Source: Methylotuvimicrobium sp. KM2
Lineage (GTDB): Bacteria > Pseudomonadota > Gammaproteobacteria > Methylococcales > Methylomonadaceae
Reading direction: 5' to 3'
DNA length: 32,000 nucleotides
Assembly (NCBI RefSeq): GCF_038051925.1
Contig: NZ_CP150634.1
Location: forward strand, 4,730,864-4,762,863
In this document: in pieces, positions 1 to 10,488 of the stretch
Numbering within the stretch: position 1 is the first letter of the stretch
Layout of the letters: each line of letters begins with the position of its first letter
Notes under the pieces: generated by a model
Told to the model about the DNA's origin: nothing
What the model saw: only the letters and a program-made list of their open reading frames with translations
Database searches by the model: none
Made by a program: the position numbers and the translations under genes

Positions 1-266
1 TCTAGCGAGTGGCTGGCGTGTTTACGTTTAACGGCGGTCGGCGTGCCGATGTTGTAGGCAAGCACTCCGGGCAACTTGGCCAGGCGTTTGGTGCCTTCGA
101 TGTATTTTTGCCGCGCGTTTTCATCACCGTGTTGTTTCAACCAGATGATCACGATATGATGTGCCTTACGCTGTTCCCCGGATTCGGTTGCCGGTTCCTT
201 TGCGCCTGCTGCCGAACTCAATGCGGCCAATATCATCAAGAGTGAAAGGGGTTTCGCTAATTTCAT
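1..266 (-). CDS. Dabb (stress-responsive alpha/beta-barrel) family protein with signal peptide; 3' end runs off the window
   Basis: ATG at 266 is preceded by GAGGAGGA (273-280). My reverse translation is MKLAKPLSLLMILAALSSAAGA-KEPATESGEQRKAHHIVIIWLKQHGDENARQKYIEGTKRLAKLPGVLAYNIGTP..., open to position 1. It is absent from the ORF track because it has no in-window stop. Confidence 0.55.
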   Translation of the reverse strand, partial: MKLAKPLSLLMILAALSSAAGAKEPATESGEQRKAHHIVIIWLKQHGDENARQKYIEGTKRLAKLPGVLAYNIGTPTAVKRKHASHSL

Positions 267-432
267 TTTTTGTCCTCCTCGGTAATAAAGCGATGTTCGA
301 TCGCTGAATGCTAAAATCCGGTTAATCTATCCGTCATGAAGCGGGAACCGGCAATGATGAATCGCGGCGGTTTTTGTTGTTGCCGTTTTAAACCCGACAA
401 GAAACTATAAGCGAAAATCGAACCTATACAGC

Positions 433-1089
433 CTACCTCGCCTTGCCGTTGGACCATTTGTCATGCAATTGCTCGTATTCTCCGGATGTCGTTACCAGCA
501 CGACTTCATCGCCTTTTTTGAGTTCGGTATCGCGGTCGGCGGTATTGTATCTATTATCCCGGTAAAAAAAGATCGCTCTTGTGTGCTTCGGTAAGTCTAG
601 GTCGTCGATAGGGCCTTCCTCGGCTTCGTCGGCGATAAAACTGAACAGCCTGACATTGCCTCGGATCGTCGCGGATAGCTCCAGAATATTCCTGCCCGCG
701 GCGATATTCGCCAAATAGCGGGCATTGGTCAATGTCGGAACGATCGTGTCGTTCAGACCCAGCTCGACGCAGATATGTTCGAACTCGTGATCTTCAATAC
801 GGGTAATGACGCGTTTGACGCCGAGCGAACGGGCCACCAGGCTAGCGATGATGTTGGCTTCGTCGCTCTTGGTCAAGCAAAACAGCACGTCGATCGAGCC
901 CGGGTCGGTCTCCTTCAGAATCGCCGGCTTGCTGCCGTTACCATGTATGAAAACGCAATCGAGGCGTTCCATCAATTCATCGATCACGGTCTTGTCATTA
1001 TCGATGATGATGACTTCGTGACCTTCCTTCAATAAACGTTCGGCCGTTGCGATCGCCAACGACGACGCGCCGATGAATACGACTTTCAA
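433..1089 (-). CDS. trkA: Trk/Ktr K+ uptake system, peripheral NAD-binding RCK subunit (single TrkA-N/TrkA-C unit)
   Basis: Rossmann motif VVFIGASSLAIATAERLLKEGHEVIIID, followed by a TrkA-C-like C-terminus. The ORF track starts at TTG 1095, which abuts AGGAG with no spacer. The TTG at 1089 lies 6 nt after AGGAG and gives MKVVFIG. The start region overlaps the trkH stop. Confidence 0.85.
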   Translation of the reverse strand: MKVVFIGASSLAIATAERLLKEGHEVIIIDNDKTVIDELMERLDCVFIHGNGSKPAILKETDPGSIDVLFCLTKSDEANIIASLVARSLGVKRVITRIEDHEFEHICVELGLNDTIVPTLTNARYLANIAAGRNILELSATIRGNVRLFSFIADEAEEGPIDDLDLPKHTRAIFFYRDNRYNTADRDTELKKGDEVVLVTTSGEYEQLHDKWSNGKAR

Positions 1090-1091
1090 GT

Positions 1092-2558
1092 TCAACTCCT
1101 AATTTTGATCCAGGTTCGAGGATAAAGGAACACTAAAAAAGCGATGAATTCAACCCGTCCCAGCAACATGTCGGCAATCAAAACCGCTTTCAGCCACGGT
1201 TCCAGACCGCTTCCGGTAATGCCGGTCGACAAGCCTGTCGTCGAACACGCCGAGACCACTTCTAACAGGGCATCCATTGGATCGTAACCCGCCATCAGAA
1301 ACGGCAGCCACGAACATAACACCGTGCCGACGAAGATCAAAATCAGCAGCAAGGCTCTTTCGATGTCATCCGATTCCATCTTGTCGCCGCCCAATTCCCG
1401 CTCCAATACGGCATGAGCCGGCAGCGCCGTACGTTGGATAAAAAACTGCAGCAAGCGCAGTACGATCAAGAATCTGAGAATCTTGATACCGCCCGCGGTC
1501 GAACCTATCGAGCCGCCGACCAGCATTGAAACAATAAGGCACAGTTTAGCGGTATCATCCAATGATGCAACATCGGCATTCGCGAAGCCGGTCGTCGTTT
1601 GCGCCGAGAGTCCCATGATCACGGCTATTTTCAGTCTGACTAAGACATTGGCACTATTCGAATCTAAACACAAAAACAACAAGCCTATTATCGCAATCGA
1701 TATTACCGGCAATGCCAGAATTTCCGGATTGCATGACAATTCTTTGCTACCGGTTCGAGAGAGACGATAATAAAAAGGCAACGAAACAGCTCCCGCCACA
1801 CCGCACAACACCATTAAAAACTGGACCGACCAGGCGTTTATCGCGGCGAGACTGGAGTCGTAAATCGAAAAACCGCCGGTCGATACGCCGCTCAAAGCAT
1901 GCGTGACGGCGCTCAACGGGGAGGCACCGGCTATCAATAACACACCGATTGCAGACAGCGTCAGCACACAATAAATGACCAGTAAATTGATCGAGTGACT
2001 GCGTGCATTACCCAAAAAATCGCGGCTATCGTTGATTTCGCCCATCGCCAAACGGCGGGAAGCAATGCCTCTATCCAAAAATAACAACGCAACCGAAAAG
2101 GCCACAACACCCAGTCCGCCATACCATTGCATCCAGGAGCGCGCGAACAGAACACCGATCGAATGTTCCTGTAATCCTGTCATCGTACTCAAGCCGGTCG
2201 TCGTGACGCCCGATACCGCTTCGAAGAAGGCGTCGATGCCGCTCAAACCGGTGCCGACGAAAGGTATCGCCTCCAGTGCCGCGGCCAGGACGAAAGACAA
2301 CGCCGAAATGACCATCACTTCATTGCGCTTGATGTCTTCGGGCGGACGTAATCGGGACAAAGGCAGACAGATCGCGGAAAGTACGGCCAAGGCCAGCAAC
2401 TGATGTATCGTGAATAGCCATTCGCCGTTTATCCCGGAGACCAAGATCGGGATCAGCCTCAACAGGATGACGACCAGTCCGATGCGTGACAGATAACGGG
2501 CCAAGACCCGGTAACGCACGGGTTGAGCCAAGACGCGGGAAACATCGGAAAGACTCAT
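1092..2558 (-). CDS. trkH: Trk/Ktr K+ transporter membrane subunit (TrkH/KtrB family)
   Basis: 488-aa polytopic protein with four selectivity-filter P-loop motifs (VTTTGLS, VSTGGFS, QTTTGFA, CSTTGLS), typical of the Trk/Ktr/HKT superfamily. Directly coupled to the RCK subunit gene. Confidence 0.88.
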   Translation of the reverse strand: MSLSDVSRVLAQPVRYRVLARYLSRIGLVVILLRLIPILVSGINGEWLFTIHQLLALAVLSAICLPLSRLRPPEDIKRNEVMVISALSFVLAAALEAIPFVGTGLSGIDAFFEAVSGVTTTGLSTMTGLQEHSIGVLFARSWMQWYGGLGVVAFSVALLFLDRGIASRRLAMGEINDSRDFLGNARSHSINLLVIYCVLTLSAIGVLLIAGASPLSAVTHALSGVSTGGFSIYDSSLAAINAWSVQFLMVLCGVAGAVSLPFYYRLSRTGSKELSCNPEILALPVISIAIIGLLFLCLDSNSANVLVRLKIAVIMGLSAQTTTGFANADVASLDDTAKLCLIVSMLVGGSIGSTAGGIKILRFLIVLRLLQFFIQRTALPAHAVLERELGGDKMESDDIERALLLILIFVGTVLCSWLPFLMAGYDPMDALLEVVSACSTTGLSTGITGSGLEPWLKAVLIADMLLGRVEFIAFLVFLYPRTWIKIRS

Positions 2559-2721
2559 GTCGAAAATGCTCCTCCGGAGAGTACACGTATTATTTCGTAA
2601 AGTTGAATAATTCTAATAAAAAGCATTTCACCATGAAGTTCATGAAGAATAGGAAGTCGATTCAATAACTTATTGCACGTTTGTATAGAGCTTTCGCTCA
2701 CCAAAAAGGGTAGCGAGAATG

Positions 2722-2990
2722 TTTACCGTGAAAGTACGCGAACCGAAGAGGGTGCGGTTGCTCGACTGACAGGCGTCGGCGGCAGGGAAAGCCGTCGTCG
2801 AGCCTACAAGGATGTATTTACCCAGCACCTAAATGCCATAGGTCATTGGCAATTATTTAATATTATGCCCAATTTAGGTGCTGGGTTTACGGCGTCCTGT
2901 CGGGCGAGTGACCGCACTCTCAACCCGTCCCTCGTACTTTCATTTGCCGGGGCGATGGCTATATCTTCATAAACGTTAGGTAATTTCTTG
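2722..2990 (+). repeat. Nested-hairpin intergenic repeat, family 1, copy A (MITE/REP-like)
   Basis: Long imperfect inverted arms: gaaagtacgcgaaccgaagagggtgcggttgctcgactgacaggcgtc ... gacgccgtcctgtcgggcgagtgaccgcactctc ... gtactttc. Inner stem cccagcacctaaat / atttaggtgctggg. About 85-90% identical by eye to 6692-6897. Confidence 0.8.
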
Positions 2991-3078
2991 AATCCTTCAT
3001 GAACTTTATGTGCTTCATGGTTAAACTGCCGAATTTAGGATAATAGGCAAGTTTTTGACAAGGTATCTTGCACGTATG

Positions 3079-3984
3079 TTACCGTTTGCCCGAATCGGCT
3101 TTTTTAGACATCGATTCATAACCGGAAATGACATCGAACAATTCCTCGTCGATACTTCGCTGGCGTGTCTGATTGAAGGTCCGGCTGAGTTCATCCAGCA
3201 GCTCGTCGATATTCTTTTCGGCCCGCTGCATCGCCGCCAGACGACTGGCGTTTTCGCCGGCGAGCGACTCGGCGCAGGCTCTGTACATCGAAACAAAGAG
3301 ATACTCCCGGATCAGGGCTCTCAGAGTACCATCGTAATCGCCGACAGTCTCCGGGAGATTATCGGTTGGCCAAGCAGCCTTGACAAACTTGAGCCGCCAC
3401 GCGGAATCCAGCGGCAACAGACGCAGACAGACCGGCTCATAGACGGCTCCGGCCTCCGATTTAGGCCGGTTATGGAAAAGATAAAGCGAACTTTCATGGC
3501 TCAGTTGCCGGGTTTCGGCTTCGATCAACAGTTGGCCGATCAGCGGTGTAATGGCAGCCACCGAATTGGGCGTCGCAAACACTCCGCTTACCGCTAATCC
3601 GGAGTCGAGCAGATGCCCGTGAATGCGTTCGCCAACGGTCCAGATGACTTGCTCGCCCGCCAATTCTTGTAATCGCTTGACCGCGAATTCGACCAAAACG
3701 TCATTGAACTGTCCGACCAAGCCTTGATCGGTGCCTAAAACGATCACGCCGATCCGGTCCGCAGTTCTGCGCCGCGCGATTTCGCCATAGGCGCCTACGC
3801 CCATCGGCTTTAGGCTCGCCGTCAACGCCAGTTCGACGGTGCGGGCGTAATCCTCCAAGGAACGTACGGCTTCTTCGTATTGAACGATGCTGGAAGCGGC
3901 CAGCGCTTTCATGGTCCGCACGACACTTTTCAGATCGCCCGCGCCTTCGATTTTACGGCGCAACTCGTTCGATGTATCGGTCAT
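3079..3984 (-). CDS. atpG: N-ATPase (atypical F-type ATPase) gamma subunit
   Basis: 301 aa, last gene of the atpDCQRBEFAG cluster. ATGA overlap with atpA. Conserved gamma C-terminal helix ([19 protein letters not shown]). Confidence 0.85.
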   Translation of the reverse strand: MTDTSNELRRKIEGAGDLKSVVRTMKALAASSIVQYEEAVRSLEDYARTVELALTASLKPMGVGAYGEIARRRTADRIGVIVLGTDQGLVGQFNDVLVEFAVKRLQELAGEQVIWTVGERIHGHLLDSGLAVSGVFATPNSVAAITPLIGQLLIEAETRQLSHESSLYLFHNRPKSEAGAVYEPVCLRLLPLDSAWRLKFVKAAWPTDNLPETVGDYDGTLRALIREYLFVSMYRACAESLAGENASRLAAMQRAEKNIDELLDELSRTFNQTRQRSIDEELFDVISGYESMSKKADSGKR

Positions 3985-5504
3985 TTTTGCATCGGCGTCA
4001 GTACCTTGCCGGCGAGTTCGACGATAGCGGCGCGGTTCGAATCGCTTAATGATTCGTCCGACAACAGGCTTTGCCGCAGCGCTTCGGGCAGCTCCCGTGA
4101 TGCATTTCGGACCGCGAGCTCCGCCTCGGGCATCCGGTCCGGCGGTACGGTATCGAACAATCCTTCTGTCAATGCCAGTAAAACCGCTATTTGTTCGGCT
4201 ACCGAAAACGTTTCGAATTCCGGCTGTTTAAGGCAGGTGCGGATACGGCGGCCGTGTTCGATCGTCTTGCGGGTATGTTCATCCAGACGGGTGCCGAAAC
4301 GGGCAAAGGTTTCCAATTCCTCGAATTGCGCGTAAGCCAGCTTCAGGTCGCCCGCAACGGAACGATAGGCGGGGCGCTGGGCCTTGCCGCCCACCCGCGA
4401 TACCGATTTGCCCACATCGATGGCCGGCAACACGCCCAATTCGAACAGGGCCGGCGACAAATAAATCTGGCCGTCGGTAATCGAAATCAGATTGGTCGGA
4501 ATATAGGCGGACAGATTCTGCGCTTCGGTTTCGATGATCGGCAGCGCGGTCAATGAGCCGCCGCCGAGATCCTCATGCAAATGTGTCGCGCGCTCCAATA
4601 ATCGGGAATGAATATAAAAAATATCGCCGGGAAAAGCTTCGCGTCCCGGCGGCCGGCGCAACAATAATGAAAGCTCGCGGTAAGCGCGGGCATGATTGGT
4701 TAAGTCGTCATAGACGATCAGAACGTCGCGGCCTTGCTCCATGAAATATTCGGCTATGCTGGTCGCCGCATAAGGCGCGATATAGGCTAAACCGGACGGG
4801 CGGTGGCCGCCCGTGACCACGACCAGCGTATAATCCATCGCGCCTTTTTCCTGTAGGGTGGCGATCACTTGAGACACGGCCGAAGCCCGTTGGCCGATCG
4901 CGCAATAAATACATAGGACATTTTGATCGCGCTGATTAAGTATCGTGTTGATCGCAATGGAGGTTTTGCCGATTTGCCGATCGCCCAGGATCAGTTCGCG
5001 CTGACCTCGGCCGATCGGGATCAAGGCGTCAATGACTTTAATGCCGGTTTGCAGCGGTACGGTCACCGGAGACCGGTCCATGATCGCAGGCGCTTCGCGC
5101 TCTATGGGACGGCGCTCGCTAAAATCGAGCGGTCCTTTTCCGTCCATGGCATGACCTAGCGGGTCGATCACGCGTCCGATGAGTCCCGTGCCCACCGGCA
5201 CGTCCATTACCCGGCCGGTGCGTTCGACTTCATCGCCGGTTTGCAAATGCCAGTAATCGCCGAGCAACACGACGCCGGCCTCTTCCTCTTCGACATTGAA
5301 GGCAATGCCGTATAAATCGTTCGGAAATCTGACTAACTCTTCAAAACCCACGCCCGGCAAACCGGACACTTTGGCGATGCCGGTAGACACGGTTGTGACA
5401 ATGCCCACCTCTTGCAAGGTCATTTGCGGGCTAAAGGTTTCACGAGCCTGCTTGATGTCCTCGAAGGCTCGCTCCAGAACGTTTGCTAACTGATCAGACG
5501 ACAT
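3981..5504 (-). CDS. atpA: N-ATPase alpha subunit
   Basis: 507 aa. Walker [10 protein letters not shown], plus [45 protein letters not shown], typical of F1 alpha. Confidence 0.93.
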   Translation of the reverse strand: MSSDQLANVLERAFEDIKQARETFSPQMTLQEVGIVTTVSTGIAKVSGLPGVGFEELVRFPNDLYGIAFNVEEEEAGVVLLGDYWHLQTGDEVERTGRVMDVPVGTGLIGRVIDPLGHAMDGKGPLDFSERRPIEREAPAIMDRSPVTVPLQTGIKVIDALIPIGRGQRELILGDRQIGKTSIAINTILNQRDQNVLCIYCAIGQRASAVSQVIATLQEKGAMDYTLVVVTGGHRPSGLAYIAPYAATSIAEYFMEQGRDVLIVYDDLTNHARAYRELSLLLRRPPGREAFPGDIFYIHSRLLERATHLHEDLGGGSLTALPIIETEAQNLSAYIPTNLISITDGQIYLSPALFELGVLPAIDVGKSVSRVGGKAQRPAYRSVAGDLKLAYAQFEELETFARFGTRLDEHTRKTIEHGRRIRTCLKQPEFETFSVAEQIAVLLALTEGLFDTVPPDRMPEAELAVRNASRELPEALRQSLLSDESLSDSNRAAIVELAGKVLTPMQK

Positions 5505-6294
5505 GAGTATCGGTTCCGGAATGGCTCTGAGATACGGTTTTAGCCGTTAATGCCCGGCCTATACTGTTCTCAAAGTCTTGCAGGTATCCTGCGATGTTCC
5601 AGGAAAGTTTCCGTCCATTCGCACTCAGTTCGATGCCGCTGATTTGATCTGCATCGACATCGAATTCAATCGTGGCATTAACTTTAAATACGTCGCTGAC
5701 GGCTTGTTTGATCGCGCTTTGCTGTTCCGGCATCAGAGCGAAAGTGCTACGGACCCGGATTGGATCCGGTGAAGCTTGAATTGCATCGCTAAGGCGATTC
5801 TTTTCGGAGTCGTCGAGCGTGTGCAGACGTTGGAGAAAGGCTTCGCAAATACGCTGCTCCAGGCTCACCGAAGCCAAATCGGCTAACGTTTTACGGCTGA
5901 TGGCAAAAACTTCCTCCCGGGTATTTCGCATGAGTTCCCGGTGTAAGCGATTTTGCTCGTTTTTTAGTGCTTGCTGCCAGGCGGAACGAAGCTCATCGGA
6001 TTCGGTTCTTGCCGCCTTGATCAGCTTTTCGCGCTCATGTGCCGCATCATCATGCACTTGTTTCAAAAGACCGTCTCTTTGCCGCTCGAAACGTTCGATT
6101 TTTTCGACATACTCGATGCGCTCTCGTTCGGCAGCAGCCTTGATTTCACGGGCTTCCTCCAATTGCTGCGCTATTTTGGCTTCGCGGTCTTTCAGCGCTT
6201 GCATGACGGGCTTGTAAAGAAACCGTTTCAACAAGGCCATCAAAATCAGAAAATTGACCAGCTGAGCGAAGACCGTGAACCAGTCGATTAGCAT
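5494..6294 (-). CDS. atpF: N-ATPase b subunit (long form; no separate delta gene in the operon)
   Basis: N-terminal TM helix ([22 protein letters not shown]), then a long charged coiled coil. I prefer the ATG at 6294 (AGGA 8 nt upstream, 5 nt after the atpE stop) over the track start at 6333, which would overlap atpE. The 3' end overlaps the atpA start by 11 nt. Confidence 0.75.
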   Translation of the reverse strand: MLIDWFTVFAQLVNFLILMALLKRFLYKPVMQALKDREAKIAQQLEEAREIKAAAERERIEYVEKIERFERQRDGLLKQVHDDAAHEREKLIKAARTESDELRSAWQQALKNEQNRLHRELMRNTREEVFAISRKTLADLASVSLEQRICEAFLQRLHTLDDSEKNRLSDAIQASPDPIRVRSTFALMPEQQSAIKQAVSDVFKVNATIEFDVDADQISGIELSANGRKLSWNIAGYLQDFENSIGRALTAKTVSQSHSGTDTHVV

Positions 6295-6299
6295 GGCTT

Positions 6300-6578
6300 T
6301 TATCCTGCTACTTGGGCTAAGGCATAATTCCAAAAAGGATTAGCGAAGATCAGAATCATCGACACGACAAAGCAATAAATCGCAGTCGATTCGACCATGG
6401 CCAAACCGACAAACAGCGTTCGAGTGATCGTCGCAGCGGCGTCGGGTTGTTGAGCTAACGCGGTTAGCGCCGCAGCAAGAGCGCGTCCTTCGCCGAGCGC
6501 CGGGCCGATACTGCCCAAGCCGATCGTAATGCCGGCCGTGACGATCGACGCAACGGCAATGAAAGCGGTAATATCCAT
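6300..6578 (-). CDS. atpE: N-ATPase c subunit (rotor ring proteolipid)
   Basis: 92-aa two-helix hairpin. IGPALGEGRA (E30) and LAMVESTAIY (E63, S64, T65, Y68). GAGGAG lies 7 nt upstream of the ATG. Confidence 0.92.
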   Translation of the reverse strand: MDITAFIAVASIVTAGITIGLGSIGPALGEGRALAAALTALAQQPDAAATITRTLFVGLAMVESTAIYCFVVSMILIFANPFWNYALAQVAG

Positions 6579-6610
6579 AATGACTCCTCTAATTTTTAAT
6601 AGTCAATTTT

Positions 6611-6965
6611 TACTGTGAAAGTTCGCAGTTTTGCATCCCTTATCTAATTTTTCGATATGCAAAAAACTGCTGTACAAATGTCGGTACCGAGGAGGGTGCG
6701 GTTGCTCGATCGGCAGGCGTCGGCGGCAGGGATAGCCGCCGTCGAGCCTACACGGACGTATTCACCCAGCATCTAAATAAGCCATGATTTTGAATCATTG
6801 CCAAAGACCTATGGAATTTAGGTGCTGGGTTCACGGCGTCCTGTCGGGCGAGTGACCGCACCCTCCACTACCAGAGAACTTTCATTTGCCGGGGCGATTG
6901 TTGGGCCTTCATGAACGTTACTGTAAAAGTACACGATTCGAAGAGGGGCGGTTGTTCGACTGAAT
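6611..6965 (+). repeat. Nested-hairpin intergenic repeat, family 1, copy B plus a truncated second unit, inside the N-ATPase operon
   Basis: 6692-6897 matches 2748-2952 in the same orientation. 6917-6962 (gttactgtaaaagtacacgattcgaagaggggcggttgttcgactga) restarts the unit. It fills the 395-nt atpB-atpE gap. Confidence 0.8.
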
Positions 6966-6973
6966 ATCTTCAA

Positions 6974-7636
6974 TCATGACCGCGTGGCCGCGGCGATATA
7001 AACCGTCGCCAGTATCGTAAAAATATAGGCTTGTACGATGCCGGTCAGCAAACCTAATGCATTCATGATAATCGGAAAAAACAAGGGCGTCACGACCAAC
7101 AATATCGCGACAATCATCGTACCGCTCATCATATTGCCGAACAGACGCACGGCCAATGCCAAGATGCGGGATAATTCACCGATGATATTGAACGGCAACA
7201 TAATCAGCGTCGGCTTCAGGTAGGACTTCAAGTATCCACCTAAGCCTTGTTTGGCAATACCGTAAAAGGGCACCGCGATAAATACGGCGATGGCCAATGC
7301 TGCCGTGGTCGACAATGAACCGGTCGGCGGCTCATAGCCGGGGAAAATCGCAAACAGATTGGCGGTGACAATAAACAAAAATAATGTCCCTAGAAACCCG
7401 AGGTATTTTTCCGGTTGTTTCAGGCCGACTTCTTCGATTTGTTTATTCAGCGTGATGACGATGACTTCTAAAATACTCTGCCAGCGTTTGTGTTCTATAT
7501 CGTTCGTTAGATTTCTGGTGATCAGTATCGCGCCGACAACCAGTATCAACATAATGGCCCAGGTCGTCACAATCGTGCCGTTAAGCTTGATGAAACCGTA
7601 TTGCCAAAAAATGAGCTGATCGGAACTCAAGCGCAT
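6974..7636 (-). CDS. atpB: N-ATPase a subunit
   Basis: 220-aa polytopic protein. The stator Arg motif LALAVRLFGNMMSG is conserved. Confidence 0.9.
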   Translation of the reverse strand: MRLSSDQLIFWQYGFIKLNGTIVTTWAIMLILVVGAILITRNLTNDIEHKRWQSILEVIVITLNKQIEEVGLKQPEKYLGFLGTLFLFIVTANLFAIFPGYEPPTGSLSTTAALAIAVFIAVPFYGIAKQGLGGYLKSYLKPTLIMLPFNIIGELSRILALAVRLFGNMMSGTMIVAILLVVTPLFFPIIMNALGLLTGIVQAYIFTILATVYIAAATRS

Positions 7637-7640
7637 GCGT

Positions 7641-7940
7641 TTATTCCTCCGTCGGTTGGTGCGATATTGCCGGTTTGAAACGGGTCATACGAATTACGAT
7701 AAAACGGGCAACGATAAAACCAAATAGACAAACCAAAAGTCGCTGCCAATGATCGGCGGCCAGCCAATAAAAACCGGCCAACGTGACTCCGGTTCGAAGA
7801 AGTATACTGCTGAAGAACCAGAACCCGGGACGTTTTGACTGAAGCCCTTTTTGTACGGTCCACCAAAGTCCTCCGAAAAAAAACATTCCCAGCAAGGTGC
7901 CGGCTCCGAAAGCCAGTGCCAACATCAGATTTTCAGTCAT
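7641..7940 (-). CDS. atpR: N-ATPase accessory membrane protein AtpR
   Basis: 99 aa, about 3 TM helices. Its position between atpQ and atpB is diagnostic of N-ATPase operons. It overlaps the atpQ stop by 8 nt. Confidence 0.75.
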   Translation of the reverse strand: MTENLMLALAFGAGTLLGMFFFGGLWWTVQKGLQSKRPGFWFFSSILLRTGVTLAGFYWLAADHWQRLLVCLFGFIVARFIVIRMTRFKPAISHQPTEE

Positions 7941-8271
7941 CTTTTTTATCCTGCTTTTTATGGATTCGAATATCTTCGTTGGATACCCAGCGCCAGGCGT
8001 TCCAACACCCCAGCATCAGCCCGCCAATCAATAACATCAAGGTCCAGGAATGAGGCCCCGGATACCGGTCATCCAGCCACAAGCCTAAAAATACTCCCAG
8101 CAATGCCGGCACCGCGACCGACCAGCCGATCAAGCCGAACCACCCCAAGCCGAACCAGATCGTCTTATTCACTTGCCGTTGGGCTTCAAGTTTACGCTCG
8201 GCCTTTGCTCCGACTTGACGGCTCAAGGACGAGTCCTTAGGTCGCTTTTTTTTATCGTTTGGCTCAGCCAC
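7933..8271 (-). CDS. atpQ: N-ATPase accessory membrane protein AtpQ (AtpZ/AtpI-like)
   Basis: The GTG at 8271 overlaps the atpC stop (ATCGTGGCTGA) and gives VAEPNDKKKRPKD... with two TM helices (IWFGLGWFGLIGWSVAVPALLGVFLGLWL; WTLMLLIGGLMLGCWNAW). The longer 190-aa track ORF lies inside atpC in another frame. Confidence 0.7.
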   Translation of the reverse strand: MAEPNDKKKRPKDSSLSRQVGAKAERKLEAQRQVNKTIWFGLGWFGLIGWSVAVPALLGVFLGLWLDDRYPGPHSWTLMLLIGGLMLGCWNAWRWVSNEDIRIHKKQDKKDD

Positions 8272-8668
8272 GATGATACTCCATAAAGCGCCGGACGAAA
8301 CCGCTTTCCAGTTTAGCCATGACCGACCGGACGCTTTTTTCGTGTTCGTCGAGCTCCAGAAATTCGCGCTCCACGGCTTCGCGCAATCGATCCAATTCGA
8401 TACCGCCGATGGCATTGCGCACCGATACCAGCACCTCGGTTCCGGTCTTGACCAGCATGCCTTGATCGATGGCCAGATAAACCTCGCCATCAGCTGCCGT
8501 TTCATAGGTTAGAATGCCCGGAGCCAAGGCTGCCGCGCAATCCAGGCGGTTCGGCAGTATGCCGAACGAACCTTGATATGTCTCGGCAACGATCCGAGTG
8601 ACGCCCTCGTACTCGGCGAATACCCGGAAAGGCAACAGGATTTTAAGATGCATCGATGACGAGTTCAT
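8264..8668 (-). CDS. atpC: N-ATPase epsilon subunit
   Basis: Position and size fit F1 epsilon. The ATG at 8668 (MNSSSMHLKILLPFRV) is 8 nt downstream of the atpD stop with GTGAGG upstream. The track start at 8695 would overlap atpD by 20 nt. Confidence 0.8.
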   Translation of the reverse strand: MNSSSMHLKILLPFRVFAEYEGVTRIVAETYQGSFGILPNRLDCAAALAPGILTYETAADGEVYLAIDQGMLVKTGTEVLVSVRNAIGGIELDRLREAVEREFLELDEHEKSVRSVMAKLESGFVRRFMEYHRG

Positions 8669-8675
8669 AGTGGCC

Positions 8676-10127
<1,452 letters not shown>

Positions 10128-10142
10128 TTACTTAATAGGGGC

Positions 10143-10160
10143 TATATTAGCGCTAATATA
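10143..10160. promoter_or_regulatory. Perfect 18-bp palindrome TATATTAGC/GCTAATATA upstream of atpD (candidate operator or promoter element)
   Basis: Read directly: tatattagcgctaatata, 82-99 nt upstream of the atpD ATG on the minus strand. Confidence 0.3.
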
Positions 10161-10180
10161 CCCATCGTAGATCAAAATTC

Positions 10181-10277
10181 GGCACCGGGGTATCCGTCAA
10201 AGGACGCCGTGAATACGTCCCTGTAGGCTCTATGCCAGCTCCATGCTGGCAAAGCCTTTGCCGAGCACCCCGGCGCC
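10181..10277 (-). repeat. Hairpin repeat, family 1 core, copy D (inverted orientation)
   Basis: Arms ggcaccggggtatccgtcaaagg / cctttgccgagcaccccggcgcc. The reverse-complemented core gagcctacagggacgtattcacggcgtcc matches the cores at 2800-2822, 6743-6765 and 27054-27066. Confidence 0.7.
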
Positions 10278-10316
10278 TCCTCAGGCACTGCCGAAATTTG
10301 AAGTGCGAAAGGTATA
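10269..10316 (+). repeat. 48-bp direct repeat, family 3, copy 1
   Basis: cccggcgcctcctcaggcactgccgaaatttgaagtgcgaaaggtata matches 13095-13142 with 2 mismatches. Confidence 0.8.
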
Positions 10317-10488
10317 TAACGATGAGCGGTCCTCCGTGGGAACCATGCGTTGGCTGCCGAAACAAGATCTGTTTGCATTCCTATGCTGGATCGGTGGGAA
10401 CGAGGAAATGGAAAAGTCCGAGTCGATGAGCCTTAAATAGTCGGGCATTTTCTATATTCCGAGCCGTCAAAATAAAAATGGCGCCTGA

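Noticed and set aside
9-245. A 78-aa plus-strand ORF at the window start
   Set aside because: It is antisense to a better-supported minus-strand gene, which has a strong RBS, a signal peptide and a Dabb-like sequence open to the window edge.
2673-2972. A 99-aa ORF, with similar ORFs at 10153-10440, 26845-27248 and 18358-18645
   Set aside because: They lie wholly or mainly inside the repeat/MITE copies and have no RBS. Peptides of the LSLSKGE / PFDRLRANG type are well-known artefacts of such repeats.
2722-6965. A CRISPR array or tandem satellite, suggested by the recurring hairpin units
   Set aside because: The copies are kilobases apart, have no regular repeat-spacer periodicity, are each internally palindromic on a scale above 200 bp, and no cas genes are present.
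7933-8505. A 190-aa version of the AtpQ ORF
   Set aside because: The upstream 78 codons lie inside atpC in another frame. The GTG at 8271, which overlaps the atpC stop, gives the expected two-TM protein of about 110 aa.
10281-10300. A sigma54 promoter within the 48-bp repeat (GGCACTGCCGAAATTTG)
   Set aside because: GGCAC is present, but no TTGC/TGC element follows at the required spacing (GG-N10-GC). The same sequence at 13111 has no gene downstream in a suitable position.
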